This document shows, piece by piece, positions 46,052-56,700 of a stretch of 64,000 nucleotides of DNA (its first letter is position 1; every line of letters starts with the position of its first letter). This DNA is from a virus: positions 64,001 to 128,000 of the IMG/VR virus record IMGVR_UViG_3300013102_000030, one strand, 5' to 3'. The notes beneath the pieces are model-generated. The model saw only the letters and a program-made list of their open reading frames with translations. It was not told where the DNA came from and ran no database searches. Position numbers and translations under genes: made by a program.

Positions 46052-47173
46052 TTGCCTTGGAGCGCTGACGAGAACCGCGAGTGGATTCTCTCCCAGATTT
46101 TACCTTCTGACCACATTCTTGACGTAGGAGCCGGAGCCGGTATCTGGGCTGACCTTCTACGCGGAAAGGGAGTCAGCAAGCGCAACATCCACGCAGTGGA
46201 GATCTTTGAGCCGTACATCTCCCGGTTCGGTCTGGAAGAGAAGTACAGCAAGATCTACCTAGGCGACTTCCAGACGCTGGGAATCCGTACCGATTACTAC
46301 AACGTACTCATCATGGGTGACGTTCTGGAGCACTTCAAGATGGAAGATGCCCTGAAAGTCTGGGAGAAGGCTCGACAGATCGTCGGCCCTCAGGGCATTG
46401 TCCTGCTATCAACCCCCATCATCGACTTCCCGCAGGGTGAGGAAGAGGGGAACATCCACGAAGCACACCTGTCAGCGTTCGACATGGAAGCGCTCAAGGG
46501 CCTCTCAGGAGTCTACGGACACGCTGAGGGTACAATCATCGGCTCTATCGCTGCAAAGGGCGCAGATACGCCTGTAGCGCAGGATCTGAGTGTCCTGATC
46601 ACCACCATCCCGACCCGGTCTGAACTCATGGTGGAGGCTCATCGGAGTGTAATCCAGCAGTCCCTTCTTCCCAAAGAGATCATTGTTCAGGAGGACACCG
46701 AAAGACTAGGAGCGCCCGGCAACCGTGATGCCGGTATCGACAAGGTCAAGACGAAATACGTCGCGCTGCTGGATGACGATGACTACTTCTACCCGGACCA
46801 CTTGGAAACACTATACCAAACTGCGCTTGACACAGATGCAGACATTGTGTATTCTTGGTTCGACGTTGACGGTGGAGAAGACCCCTTCCCGGAGAACTTT
46901 GGAAAGCCTTGGAACCCCAAGAAACCTGTCCAGACGACCGTAACTGTTCTTGCCAAGACCGATGTCATCCGCAAAGCCGGTGGATACACCAACAAATTCG
47001 ATCTGAACATGGATGCTCTGGGTGAAATTGCCCAAGGGAGCACTGCTGGAGAAGATTACCGAATGGTTTTCAATGCCAATTCTCAGGGTGCCAAGATCGT
47101 CCATGTGCCCAAAAAGACATGGGCCTACAGGCATCACGATTCCAACACGTCAGGACACTCTGACCGCTGGTAA
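46052..47173 (+). CDS. SAM-dependent methyltransferase fused to a GT-A (GT2) glycosyltransferase
   Basis: LDVGAGAG, DVLEH; ITTIP, LLDDDD, GEDY. Confidence 0.85.
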   Translation: MPWSADENREWILSQILPSDHILDVGAGAGIWADLLRGKGVSKRNIHAVEIFEPYISRFGLEEKYSKIYLGDFQTLGIRTDYYNVLIMGDVLEHFKMEDALKVWEKARQIVGPQGIVLLSTPIIDFPQGEEEGNIHEAHLSAFDMEALKGLSGVYGHAEGTIIGSIAAKGADTPVAQDLSVLITTIPTRSELMVEAHRSVIQQSLLPKEIIVQEDTERLGAPGNRDAGIDKVKTKYVALLDDDDYFYPDHLETLYQTALDTDADIVYSWFDVDGGEDPFPENFGKPWNPKKPVQTTVTVLAKTDVIRKAGGYTNKFDLNMDALGEIAQGSTAGEDYRMVFNANSQGAKIVHVPKKTWAYRHHDSNTSGHSDRW

Positions 47174-47247
47174 GATAAGTATGCTGACTGGATAAATCCA
47201 CATGGTACACTGGTTGGGGAGGCTCCATCACCAACTGGAGAATAATC

Positions 47248-47541
47248 ATGACCAAACCAGACTACGCTCTAGAGTACGTCTTTCGACGTAGCCAGTTCAA
47301 CCGTACCATGTGGATTCTTGTCGCTATCTGGGTGGCACTGCGCCTTTGCCGTGCCCTCATTATCCTCACTGTGGGACTCACATGGCTTGCGTCTATCCCT
47401 GCCATGATCATCTTCTGGGGATCAGGTCTCATCTGTGGACTGATCCTTGCCACATACTATGTATACCGCCGCTCCGTGCGTATTGATTCAATCGAGCGCG
47501 AGAGGAGTAACATAGCCAAGCTAAAAGAAAAGGTAAAATGA
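47248..47541 (+). CDS. Membrane protein
   Basis: GGAG RBS; hydrophobic segments. Confidence 0.65.
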   Translation: MTKPDYALEYVFRRSQFNRTMWILVAIWVALRLCRALIILTVGLTWLASIPAMIIFWGSGLICGLILATYYVYRRSVRIDSIERERSNIAKLKEKVK

Positions 47542-48722
47542 CCGAAACGTACATCTTTGACCTCATCAATGGTGCAGAGCTTTTCAAGATGCAGCAGGAA
47601 GGCCGCATCAACCGACAGGTTCACCCTAAGCTTCCGATCTCCATCTTCAACTACACAGCCGCAGCACAGTTCAAGAACATCTGGACTGACGCTGAGCGGA
47701 TCTGCCGTGGCTTGATCATTGAGGACGGAACCGGTAAGGTGATTGCCCGTGGACCGTCCAAGTTCATGAACTATGGTGACCCCAAGGCTGCTGAAGTCTC
47801 TCTGGAGGACGAGGTCTGGGTTACCCGGAAGGAAGACGGCTCCCTAGGCATCGGCTGGGAGTACAATGGTGAGTTTGGTGTTGCTACCCGTGGTTCCTTT
47901 GACTCTCCTCAGGCACGACACGCTACGGCCAAGCTGACTGAGGAAGAAAAGCAGGACATCCTGAGTGAGCGCACCAAGGGCCGAACCGCCATCTGGGAGA
48001 TTGTCTACCCTGACAACCGAATTGTCCTAGACTATGGTGATAGGGATGAACTGATCAAGATCGGTGGAGTCCGCAACGATTCCGGCCTCATCTCTTTGCG
48101 CCCTTTCAAGCTCTTCATGTCCATCCGCAAGGGTGGAAATCCCGTGATGACCTTCAAGGAAGCCCTTGAGCTTCCAATTCCGGATGACCAAGAGGGTTAT
48201 GTCATTGACATCCTGAAGGACGGATGGATTCAAGGCCACGTCAAGCTCAAGGGTGAAGCCTACAAGCTTCTTCACGGCCTGCTGACCAACACCAACGCTC
48301 GCCGGATCTGAATGCAGCTTGCGTGGAGGGCATGCAAGGATCTTCTGCCCAACGATCCCAAAGTGATTGCGTTCCGACTCGGAAACGACCCTCGGGACTT
48401 TGAGCGGATTGACACTACCAAGACCATTGAGGAGACCTTCCTTGAGAAGGTTCCCGATGAGTTCTACGGATGGGTGACCAAGCAAATTGACAGCATTGAA
48501 GACAATGTGTACAGTCTTACAGGTCAGGCAAAAGTCCTGATTGACAAGATTGCTGATGTCTCGGACAAGCGTGAGCGCTGGGAAATGGCCAAGGATCACC
48601 CGCTCTGCACTGAGATTCTGAGGGCTAAGAACTCTGAAGACCTCTCCGGATGCACCGTCTTGGCTTGGAAACTGTCCCGTCCGGGTGACGAGACTCCCTT
48701 CAAATCAAAGGAAGAAGACTAA
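47538..48722 (+). CDS. RNA ligase 1 (T4 Rnl1-like), interrupted by an in-frame TGA at 48309-48311
   Basis: CRGLI, KFMN, KEDGSLG, ATRGSF, NRIVLDY, EGYV, KLK. The frame continues directly after the TGA. Confidence 0.85.
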
Positions 48723-48723
48723 C

Positions 48724-49218
48724 TTGAAGAAACTGATCATTGCCGGTATTGCCGTCGCAGCGCTCGCGCTCACTGGATGTGGGGCCTCCGGCAGTCGCGG
48801 CTTTGAGAGTGACGATTACGACTACGGCGGATACTCCAGCAATGGAGGATGGACCGACTCTGATTGGGACATGGACCGAACAACGGTCTATAACAACAAC
48901 ACGTACTGCCAAGGCGGAACGTACATGCCTCTGGCAAACAACCAGTACTCGTGCAACCGGAACGGAGTCGTCACGGCTCCTCTGGTCCGTCCCAAGCAGA
49001 TCATACCTCCCAAGTCCCAGCAGAAGGCTCCTGCCGACGTTCTGAAGCGAGTGGAGCAGCAGAAGGCTGAACGCCTGAAGCAGCGTCAGGAAGCTGCAAA
49101 GAAAGCTGAGCAGCAGAAGCAGCAACAACAATCACAGAAGAATGCCCCAGCGCAGAAGGCACCGGCTCCCGCCAAGCCTCCTGCTCCTGCAAAGGCTCCT
49201 CCTGCCAAATCCAAGTAG
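48724..49218 (+). CDS. Lipoprotein
   Basis: MKKLIIAGIAVAALALTGC lipobox. Confidence 0.75.
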   Translation: MKKLIIAGIAVAALALTGCGASGSRGFESDDYDYGGYSSNGGWTDSDWDMDRTTVYNNNTYCQGGTYMPLANNQYSCNRNGVVTAPLVRPKQIIPPKSQQKAPADVLKRVEQQKAERLKQRQEAAKKAEQQKQQQQSQKNAPAQKAPAPAKPPAPAKAPPAKSK

Positions 49219-49227
49219 AAAGAGAAA

Positions 49228-50178
49228 ATGCTAAACCCTAACCAAGAACTTCTGATCCTGCGCGGTTTGCAGGGTTCAGGTAAGACCACCTTCGCCCACC
49301 AGTGGGTAGCTGAAGATCCGGACTGGCGCTTCCGTGTCAACCGGGATGACCTCCGCAAGCAGGGCTACAACATGCTGTGGGGCCTGTCAAACCACATGGA
49401 GGGAACAATCTCCCTCATGGAGGAAGCCTGCGCCAAGGCAGCGCTCGCGGCTGGTTTGTCTGTCGTCATCGACGCAACGAACCTCAAGGCCCGTACCGTG
49501 AAGGAATGGTACGCAGTAGCTGAAAAGGCCGGAGTTCCCGTCCGTGTCCATGACATCGACACTCCTCTTGACATATGCATCGAGAGGGACAAGAATAGGG
49601 AGAAGAAGGTTGGCGAAGATGTCATCCGACGCTACAACGACCGGTTCTTCCAGAAGGGGAAGCTGCCACCGGTTCCCGAGAATGTCAAGAAGGAAGGAGT
49701 TTCTGTGCAAGGCCGAGCTTACGTACCGAATCCTGACCTTCCAAAGGCTATCTGGGTTGACGTTGACGGCACGCTGGCTGAGAGGGTCCATCCCGGAGCC
49801 AACCAGCCTGTCCGTGGACCGTTTGACGAAGACCGAGTGATGGAAGACGCACCGATCCCACACATCGTGGAACTGGTCCGAATCCTTCACGCTGCCGGAT
49901 TCAAGATCGTCATCATGTCCGGACGTACAGATGGATGCAAGGCTCTTACGGAACAGTGGCTCATCGAGCACGCTATCCCGTACGACGACATCTTCATGCG
50001 CCGTACCGTAGAAGATAAGAACCGCAAGGACAACATTGTCAAGCACGACCTCTTCTGGGCGAACGTTGCCCCGAAGTACAATGTGGTCTACGCACTGGAT
50101 GACCGTCAGCAGGTTGTTGACTTCACCCGTGATGTCCTGAAGATCCCTGTGTTGCAGGTAGCTCCCGGACTGTTCTGA
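49228..50178 (+). CDS. pseT: Polynucleotide 5'-kinase / 3'-phosphatase
   Basis: GLQGSGKT, NRDDLR, DATN; HAD motifs DVDGT, SGR, DDR. Confidence 0.93.
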   Translation: MLNPNQELLILRGLQGSGKTTFAHQWVAEDPDWRFRVNRDDLRKQGYNMLWGLSNHMEGTISLMEEACAKAALAAGLSVVIDATNLKARTVKEWYAVAEKAGVPVRVHDIDTPLDICIERDKNREKKVGEDVIRRYNDRFFQKGKLPPVPENVKKEGVSVQGRAYVPNPDLPKAIWVDVDGTLAERVHPGANQPVRGPFDEDRVMEDAPIPHIVELVRILHAAGFKIVIMSGRTDGCKALTEQWLIEHAIPYDDIFMRRTVEDKNRKDNIVKHDLFWANVAPKYNVVYALDDRQQVVDFTRDVLKIPVLQVAPGLF

Positions 50179-50246
50179 TTCGACACAAAGCAGGTTGAGA
50201 GGTATGATTATCTCTCAACCTGCTTTTCTATCATCTAAGGAGAAAT

Positions 50247-50567
50247 ATGACCACCGAAGTCATTGAGAAGGAACAAGAAGAGGCCACCGAAGTCTCCGAC
50301 GAACTCAAGGTCATCGAGCTTGAGGCCAACAGCAAGAAGTTTGAATTCGATACCCGCCATCGTTGTGACCACAGCGGTGTTGAAGGTACCAGCACGTCCT
50401 GCGGTGCACAGGCATATATCCGTGCCACGCTGAAGAACGGTGACACCCTCATCTTCTGCTCCCACCATGCCAACGAAGTAGAGGCCGCTCTGAAGCCGCT
50501 CTGCTCCGAATGGTACTCAGAGACCAGCCGCCTTGTCCATGACCGCAAGAAGGGATCAGAGAACTGA
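50247..50567 (+). CDS. Small Zn-finger-like hypothetical protein
   Basis: RCD...CGAQAY...FCSHH. Confidence 0.7.
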   Translation: MTTEVIEKEQEEATEVSDELKVIELEANSKKFEFDTRHRCDHSGVEGTSTSCGAQAYIRATLKNGDTLIFCSHHANEVEAALKPLCSEWYSETSRLVHDRKKGSEN

Positions 50568-50653
50568 CCACGATACTATATCCCGGACCATCCGCTCCAA
50601 CGTACTTTCCTCACGTAGAGGGTCGCACCTTTGAAGAGGAACTGCTGAAAGGC

Positions 50654-51391
50654 TTGATTACTCCACCTGATATCAAGATCTACCTTGTAGGTGGAGCCGT
50701 ACGTGAGATCACCCGTGGATTCCCTGAGAAGGTCAAGGACTGGGATTTTGCTGTGGAGGCTCCGAGCTACGAAGGTATGAAGCAGTGGCTGGATCACAAG
50801 GGCTTTGAGATCTTCGTTGAGACTCCGCAGTACTTCACCATCCGCGCCCGAGCGCCCAAGGGACTCTTCAAGTTCGCTGGAATCGACATGTCACACAAGA
50901 CGTTCGACTTCACGCTCTGCCGCACTGAAGGTGAGTACTCAGACGGACGACGGCCTGATGAAGTCAAGCCCGGAACCCTGCTGGAAGATCTCTCGCGCCG
51001 TGACTTCACGATGAACGCAATGGCGCTGGATTCCCGTGGGACGGTCATAGATCCGTTTGGTGGTCAACAGGACATCAAGGATAAACTGATTCGTCTGGTA
51101 GGTGGTACAGACCGCCTGAAGGAGGACTCCTTGAGGATGCTCCGTGCCATCCGCTTTGCTGTCCAGCTTGACTTTGAGATGGATAATGATGTCTACGCCT
51201 TCCTCTTCAAGGAAGATAATGCAGAACTTCTGAAGAACGTTGACGAAAATCGAATCCGTGATGAACTCACCAAGTGCTTCAAGATCGACACGCTGGAAAC
51301 CCTGTGGATGCTCCAGAGCTTCCCTGCTATTGCGGACAGATGCTTCAGAGGAGACATCTGGCTCATGCCCACCGTCAAGGGAGCTAAGTGA
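50654..51391 (+). CDS. cca: tRNA nucleotidyltransferase (class II CCA-adding family)
   Basis: VGGAVR, DWD, RRDFTMNAMA, DPFGG, EDSLRMLRAIRF. The start may lie further upstream. Confidence 0.88.
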   Translation: MITPPDIKIYLVGGAVREITRGFPEKVKDWDFAVEAPSYEGMKQWLDHKGFEIFVETPQYFTIRARAPKGLFKFAGIDMSHKTFDFTLCRTEGEYSDGRRPDEVKPGTLLEDLSRRDFTMNAMALDSRGTVIDPFGGQQDIKDKLIRLVGGTDRLKEDSLRMLRAIRFAVQLDFEMDNDVYAFLFKEDNAELLKNVDENRIRDELTKCFKIDTLETLWMLQSFPAIADRCFRGDIWLMPTVKGAK

Positions 51392-51534
51392 CACCAGACC
51401 AAGAGCAAGAAAAACAAATCAACTACACTCAATTTCGACTTGACGAACTGAAGGTACGTCGTGATAAGATCGATGAAGAGATTGCCTACGAGCAGCGAGT
51501 GCTAGACAAGCTGCTCGGAGGAGTGGTAGAATAG
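51388..51534 (+). CDS. Small coiled-coil protein
   Basis: GTGA overlap; GGGAG RBS. Confidence 0.5.
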   Translation: MTPDQEQEKQINYTQFRLDELKVRRDKIDEEIAYEQRVLDKLLGGVVE

Positions 51535-51580
51535 TGTAGTAAGTCCTCACCAGAGGAAACTACCACAGTAAGTGACAAAC

Positions 51581-52852
51581 ATGGCAACAACCGTAGTTCT
51601 GGACACATCCGTTCTCCTCTCCGCAGGAAGGACGGCACTGTATTCCTTTGGTGAAAACAACGTAGTCCTCCCCCTCGTAGTTGTAAGTGAGCTTGAGAAA
51701 AAGCGCAATGACCCGGATCTTGGTCTCGCGTCTCGCTCCGTTCTACGGGAGCTTGATATCCTCCGGTCACAGGGGGATTTGGCTAATGGAGTCTCCCTAG
51801 GGGAGGACTACGGCACACTTCGTGTTGAAATCAACAACACTCACAATGTACCACTCGCGGTTCAGAACCGTAAGACTAACGATGCCGAGATCATCACAGT
51901 AGCACACAACCTTGGACGATTCCAAACGGTTGTGCTGATCTCCAAGGATATTCCGATGAAGATCCTTGCCGACATCGTTGGTGTCGAGACAGCAGACTTT
52001 GTTCCGGCCAATATCTCCGGAGACTTCATCGATAAGACTGAGACCTACTGGGTAACGGCGGAAGAGATCAACCAGATTCACGAACACGGAACTGTCCGTC
52101 TGACTCTGGATGTGCCCCGCAACGTTGGTGTCATCCTTCGCTCCGAAGAGAATCCCAAGAATACAGCCCTTGCCATTGCAGGACCGGAGTTCAAGTTCAA
52201 CAAGGTTCAGTCCTTCAACGTTTCCGGACTTGAGTCCCGTTCCGCTGAGCAGGCTATCGCCATTGACTACCTGATGGATGATTCTGTCAAGATCGTCTCC
52301 CTTGGTGGCCGTGCCGGTACTGGTAAGACTACTCTAGCACTCGCTGCCGCCATTGAGCAACTACAACAGTACAAGAAGATCACGGTCTTCCGCTCCATGC
52401 ACGCTGTAGGTGGAGAAGAGCTTGGATTCCTCCCCGGATCTGAGGCTGAGAAGATGGACCCTTGGACTGCTGCAATCTACGATAGTCTAAACTCATTCCT
52501 CACACCGGCCCAGATCAATGCTCTGAAGACCAAGCAGGCCATTGAGGTTCTCCCGCTGACACACATCCGTGGACGTACGCTGAACAACTTCATCATCATT
52601 GATGAGGCCCAGAACCTTGAGCGTGCCACCATCCTCACAGCCCTCTCCCGTATGGGTAAGAACGCAAAGGCTGTCATGTCGTGGGATGTCTCCCAGCGAG
52701 ACAACTTCCGCGTAGGCCGACACGATGGTGTCTATGAGGTCACCAGCCGCCTACTGGGTGAAAAGCTGTTCGCCCATACGTCCCTCCAGAAATCAGAGCG
52801 CTCACCGGCAGCAGAGCTTGTTTCCCGCAAGCTGGATGATTTCGACATCTAA
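51581..52852 (+). CDS. phoH: PIN-PhoH (PhoH2) protein
   Basis: PIN motifs LDTSVL, ELE, ND, SKD; PhoH motifs GRAGTGKT, LGFLPG, RGRT, DEAQN. Confidence 0.92.
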   Translation: MATTVVLDTSVLLSAGRTALYSFGENNVVLPLVVVSELEKKRNDPDLGLASRSVLRELDILRSQGDLANGVSLGEDYGTLRVEINNTHNVPLAVQNRKTNDAEIITVAHNLGRFQTVVLISKDIPMKILADIVGVETADFVPANISGDFIDKTETYWVTAEEINQIHEHGTVRLTLDVPRNVGVILRSEENPKNTALAIAGPEFKFNKVQSFNVSGLESRSAEQAIAIDYLMDDSVKIVSLGGRAGTGKTTLALAAAIEQLQQYKKITVFRSMHAVGGEELGFLPGSEAEKMDPWTAAIYDSLNSFLTPAQINALKTKQAIEVLPLTHIRGRTLNNFIIIDEAQNLERATILTALSRMGKNAKAVMSWDVSQRDNFRVGRHDGVYEVTSRLLGEKLFAHTSLQKSERSPAAELVSRKLDDFDI

Positions 52853-52960
52853 CCACTACCACAGAGAAGCCATCGAGTCAAACTCGGTGGCTTTTTCTGT
52901 ACCCGTATGGTAGAATAGGATGGACTAACTTTATGCTTCTTTACTCTTTAGGAATAGCCC

Positions 52961-53770
52961 GTGGCGCTACCAACAAACATTAGCTATGGCACAGTAGTAG
53001 GACAGTTCTTGGCCGCGATTCAAGACGGGCCTGACCCTGACAAGCTCCCAGAAGGTATCCCTATGAAGGGTACCGTCACTTTTGTGGCTTCTCCTGTCTA
53101 CGTTCTAGACTACACCGCCAACCCCAACCCTGTCACGATCCTCAAGACACCTATCACATGCTCTCTGGACTCAGAGGGCTATCTGTGTGCACCTTACTCA
53201 GCGTCTGACTCTCCTCTGTCTCGTGGAGTTCCGCTGATTGCTACGGACGATCCTGACATCCTGCCTATCGGCTGGACATGGAGTGTCATCTATAACCTCA
53301 CGGACCCGTACGGCAACCGAGCCAACCTGCCAACACAGAACATTGCTGTTCCATCCGGAGTCACTACTGACCTTACCACAGCAATGAACATTGCTGCTGC
53401 CAACGGCTCCATCATCACCAAGGGTGCCACCGGAGATCCCGGAGACCTTGTCGGAGTCACCAACGGAGGATCATGGGGAAGCTCCGTCACGCTTTCCGCG
53501 TACCCTCAGACCTACATCTCCACCCTGTCTGCCTCTGTCACGTCCCTGACGCTGCCTACAGAGGTCTATCCGAATGAGTCTGGAACAATCACCCTCGTAC
53601 TCACTCAGGACGCTACAGGAGGCCGTACAATCACGTGGCCTGCTTCCGTCAAGTGGCCTGAGGGAATTGCTCAGCAGCCAGCAGCGGCTGCAAATTCAAT
53701 TTCGGTGATTCATCTTCTTTGGACAGGAACAACATGGCTGGGAATGCTAGGAGGTAAGAGCTTTGCGTAG
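52961..53770 (+). CDS. Putative virion (minor tail / decoration) protein
   Basis: LDSEGYL, GWTWSV domain; LTQDATGGRTITWP motif. Confidence 0.6.
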   Translation: MALPTNISYGTVVGQFLAAIQDGPDPDKLPEGIPMKGTVTFVASPVYVLDYTANPNPVTILKTPITCSLDSEGYLCAPYSASDSPLSRGVPLIATDDPDILPIGWTWSVIYNLTDPYGNRANLPTQNIAVPSGVTTDLTTAMNIAAANGSIITKGATGDPGDLVGVTNGGSWGSSVTLSAYPQTYISTLSASVTSLTLPTEVYPNESGTITLVLTQDATGGRTITWPASVKWPEGIAQQPAAAANSISVIHLLWTGTTWLGMLGGKSFA

Positions 53771-56700
53771 AGACAACTTTGACAGCGGAAGTCAACCAGT
53801 CCGCAACCTTGCCTACATCCCAAGCTTTGAAGTTGCCAGCGGAACAGTCAACACCCGAACTAACCTGTACAAAGATCCTCACTGTGAGGGTGTCAGTGGG
53901 TCAGTAACTGTCCGTACAAACCTCTGCACAAACCCCGGACCACAGGCTGTAGGCGGAACCACAACAACCATCCGCACCAATCTAAGCACTAACTCACGTG
54001 GTGTCAGTGCCTTGCCCGACTACAACGGTGCTAGTTATCAGACCATCACTACAGTAACAGGGATAACAGGGCATCCGGAAGGCATCACGACTGCCAACCG
54101 AGTAAGCTACAATGCAGGGGCAACCAATCCGGGAGTAGCTCTGCTCAATCCTGCTCAAGCAAACACTAAGTACACGATTAGTGCATGGGTATACCACGAG
54201 ACCGTACCTCCAGCAGGAGGTCAAGCCTTCGCCATGGCAGGACTCACCAGCAGTACACCAACAACACCTGTAGCAGGGGTTTGGCAACGTTTGTCATGGA
54301 CCTACACTACCACAGCATCACCTAGTTACTTTGGTTTCCGTGTAGCATCTCCTACAGGATCAGGAAGCTTCCTCATCACCGGAATTCTCATTGAGAGGTC
54401 CGGATTTCTTGGTGACTTCTTTGACGGTGCAGGAGCCAGTAGAACCAATCTCGCCAATGATCCCCGCGCTCTAACCATTACTGGCACTACGGGAGTAGGA
54501 TGGCGCAATAGTCGTTGGTTCGGTGGGAACGGTACCACTGTCGGTACTCATACTAATATCACCGGTATGCAGGATGGACCTACACCGCAACTAACCACCT
54601 ATATCCGTAAGCAGTGGACTGGGGACAACCTCAGCACCAGTAACGGTGACACCGGATTTGAGTTGTCCACAGGCTTCAACACTACAGCAGGCGTAGCTTA
54701 TGCCGGAGGATGGAGTGTCCAAGCCGGTGTCACATACTCTCTTTCAGCATGGCTGCGCCCCACCAGTGATAAAGGTAATGCTGGATTTGATATGACGTGG
54801 AGAGATAGTGCAGGATACTATATCACACGAAGTACCTTCTCCACGTATACGCTTCCCGCGAACGTCTGGACCCGTGTCACTGCCACAGTAACCGCACCCT
54901 CAGGAGCGATCACAGCAGGTCTCGTATTGGACGTAGATGGCGGTTCGTTGTGGAAGTCAGGGGAATCTCTCGACGGCACTGGTCTCATCATTGAGCGCAC
55001 AGACACTCCCAGCACTATCTTTTATGAAGGAACTGGTGACTTCAGCTACTCATGGACAGGAACAGCCAACAATTCGGCCAGTATCCAGACCGCCGCAGGT
55101 ACTCCAGCTATCGGTGGAGCTAACAACGGAATAACGTACAGAAGTGGTATCTCAGGGAACTACTTTGCCCGAACTTTCTTCACCAGCGATCAGATCATGG
55201 ACAGTGGTCCGAGCCTTCAGGGTACAGCCCCCGGACTAACAGCCAGCAAGACCTATACCTTGTCTGTAGATGTATGGGTAGATCGAGACCGCACCTATAG
55301 ACTAAGCGTACAAGGGAACGGTACCACCAACACTAGCACCAGCTTTACGCAGACCGCAGGAACCACCGTCCGCAGAATCATCACATTCCAGACGAATGTG
55401 TCGGCTACAGGACCATCAAACGTTGCACTGTACGTGCTCCGTAGTGATGTGCTGCCCGGATATATTGATGTATCTAAAATCCTCATCGAAGAGGCCCCCC
55501 AAGCTCTTCCATATTTTGATGGTAGCAATCCTGTCCGTAATCTTGCGGCAGGCACTAACCCTTCTGCACTAAGTGGTATTACAATGACCTCTGGGGTCTC
55601 CTACAAAGGAGATACATGGAGGCGAGCCAGTGTTGCCGCAGGAAACAGTGGTTGGATTGTTAGACAATACGTCAATCTTTTCGACCTGATTCCGGGGCAA
55701 ACCTACACCGCAGCAGTCACCGTTGCCAATGACAGTACCGCTGATAGTGTAAGCATTGCGCTGGATTGGTGCGACACAGCAGCAACTACTGTTACACTTG
55801 CCCCCGGTGAGGTACGTCGCCTCAGGGTCACTAACAGTAAGGCATCCTACAGCAACGTATACCGGTTTGCCGACCTACAGGTAAACCAGAATACCGCAGG
55901 TAGCCGCAGTGTACTTTTCAAGGATTTCACTGTAGAGTTTGGTGCTACACCCGGCTATCAAGGCGCAGCAGATTACACTACCGCGTGGACTGGTGTAGTC
56001 AACGGCTCCACTAGTACGATGACGGCTCCGCTTCCCGGAGGGTGGTCTAAATCTGGCAACACTGTCGTCATCCCGACCACTGAGGGAATCAGCGGTAAAG
56101 GTATCAAAATCATCAAGAATGGAGGGTACGGATTCGTTGGAACCACTCTCAGCGGTCTAGCTGTAAGCACTGCCTACACATGGTCAGCGGATATTTTGAC
56201 GAGTCAGACCACTGTCAACACTGTGGACCGAAGCAGTCTCGTCGGCGGGTATAGCCCGAGTGACAGAACTGTCGTGTCCGATCTCGTGACCAGAATTCAA
56301 AGGACCTTTACCACTGGACCGAGTGAGACTACCAGAACCATCAGTATCGCTGGATGGGAGAATGCTACCGTGCCGGATGGCAGCATCCTTATCATCGACA
56401 ACATACAAGTAGAAGCTAACGGGCAGGCTACTCCCTTCTTCTCGGGAGACACACCAGCAGCTAATGAGTTCACCTACGCATGGACCGGAACTCAGCACGC
56501 CAGCACCAGCACCGAGACAGCACCGGGAGCCAGTGGATACACTGGATCATACAGCAACCGTATCGCATGGCAGTCTACCCAGTGGAGCGCCAGTGGTACC
56601 AAGAGCCTTGCAGTTGCCGGTGGTGCCCCATCACAGGACAGCTTCAGCCAGTTCGGACAGCCGTATCCATTCCCAGCGGACTTCGCCGGGAAGACTTACA

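Noticed and set aside
48309-48311. Genome-wide TGA recoding or a suppressor tRNA
   Set aside because: Many genes end properly at TGA (e.g. thyX, ro60, pseT). No intact tRNA with a TCA, CTA or TTA anticodon was found. The ACTCAAA in Y7 is not in a closed anticodon loop.
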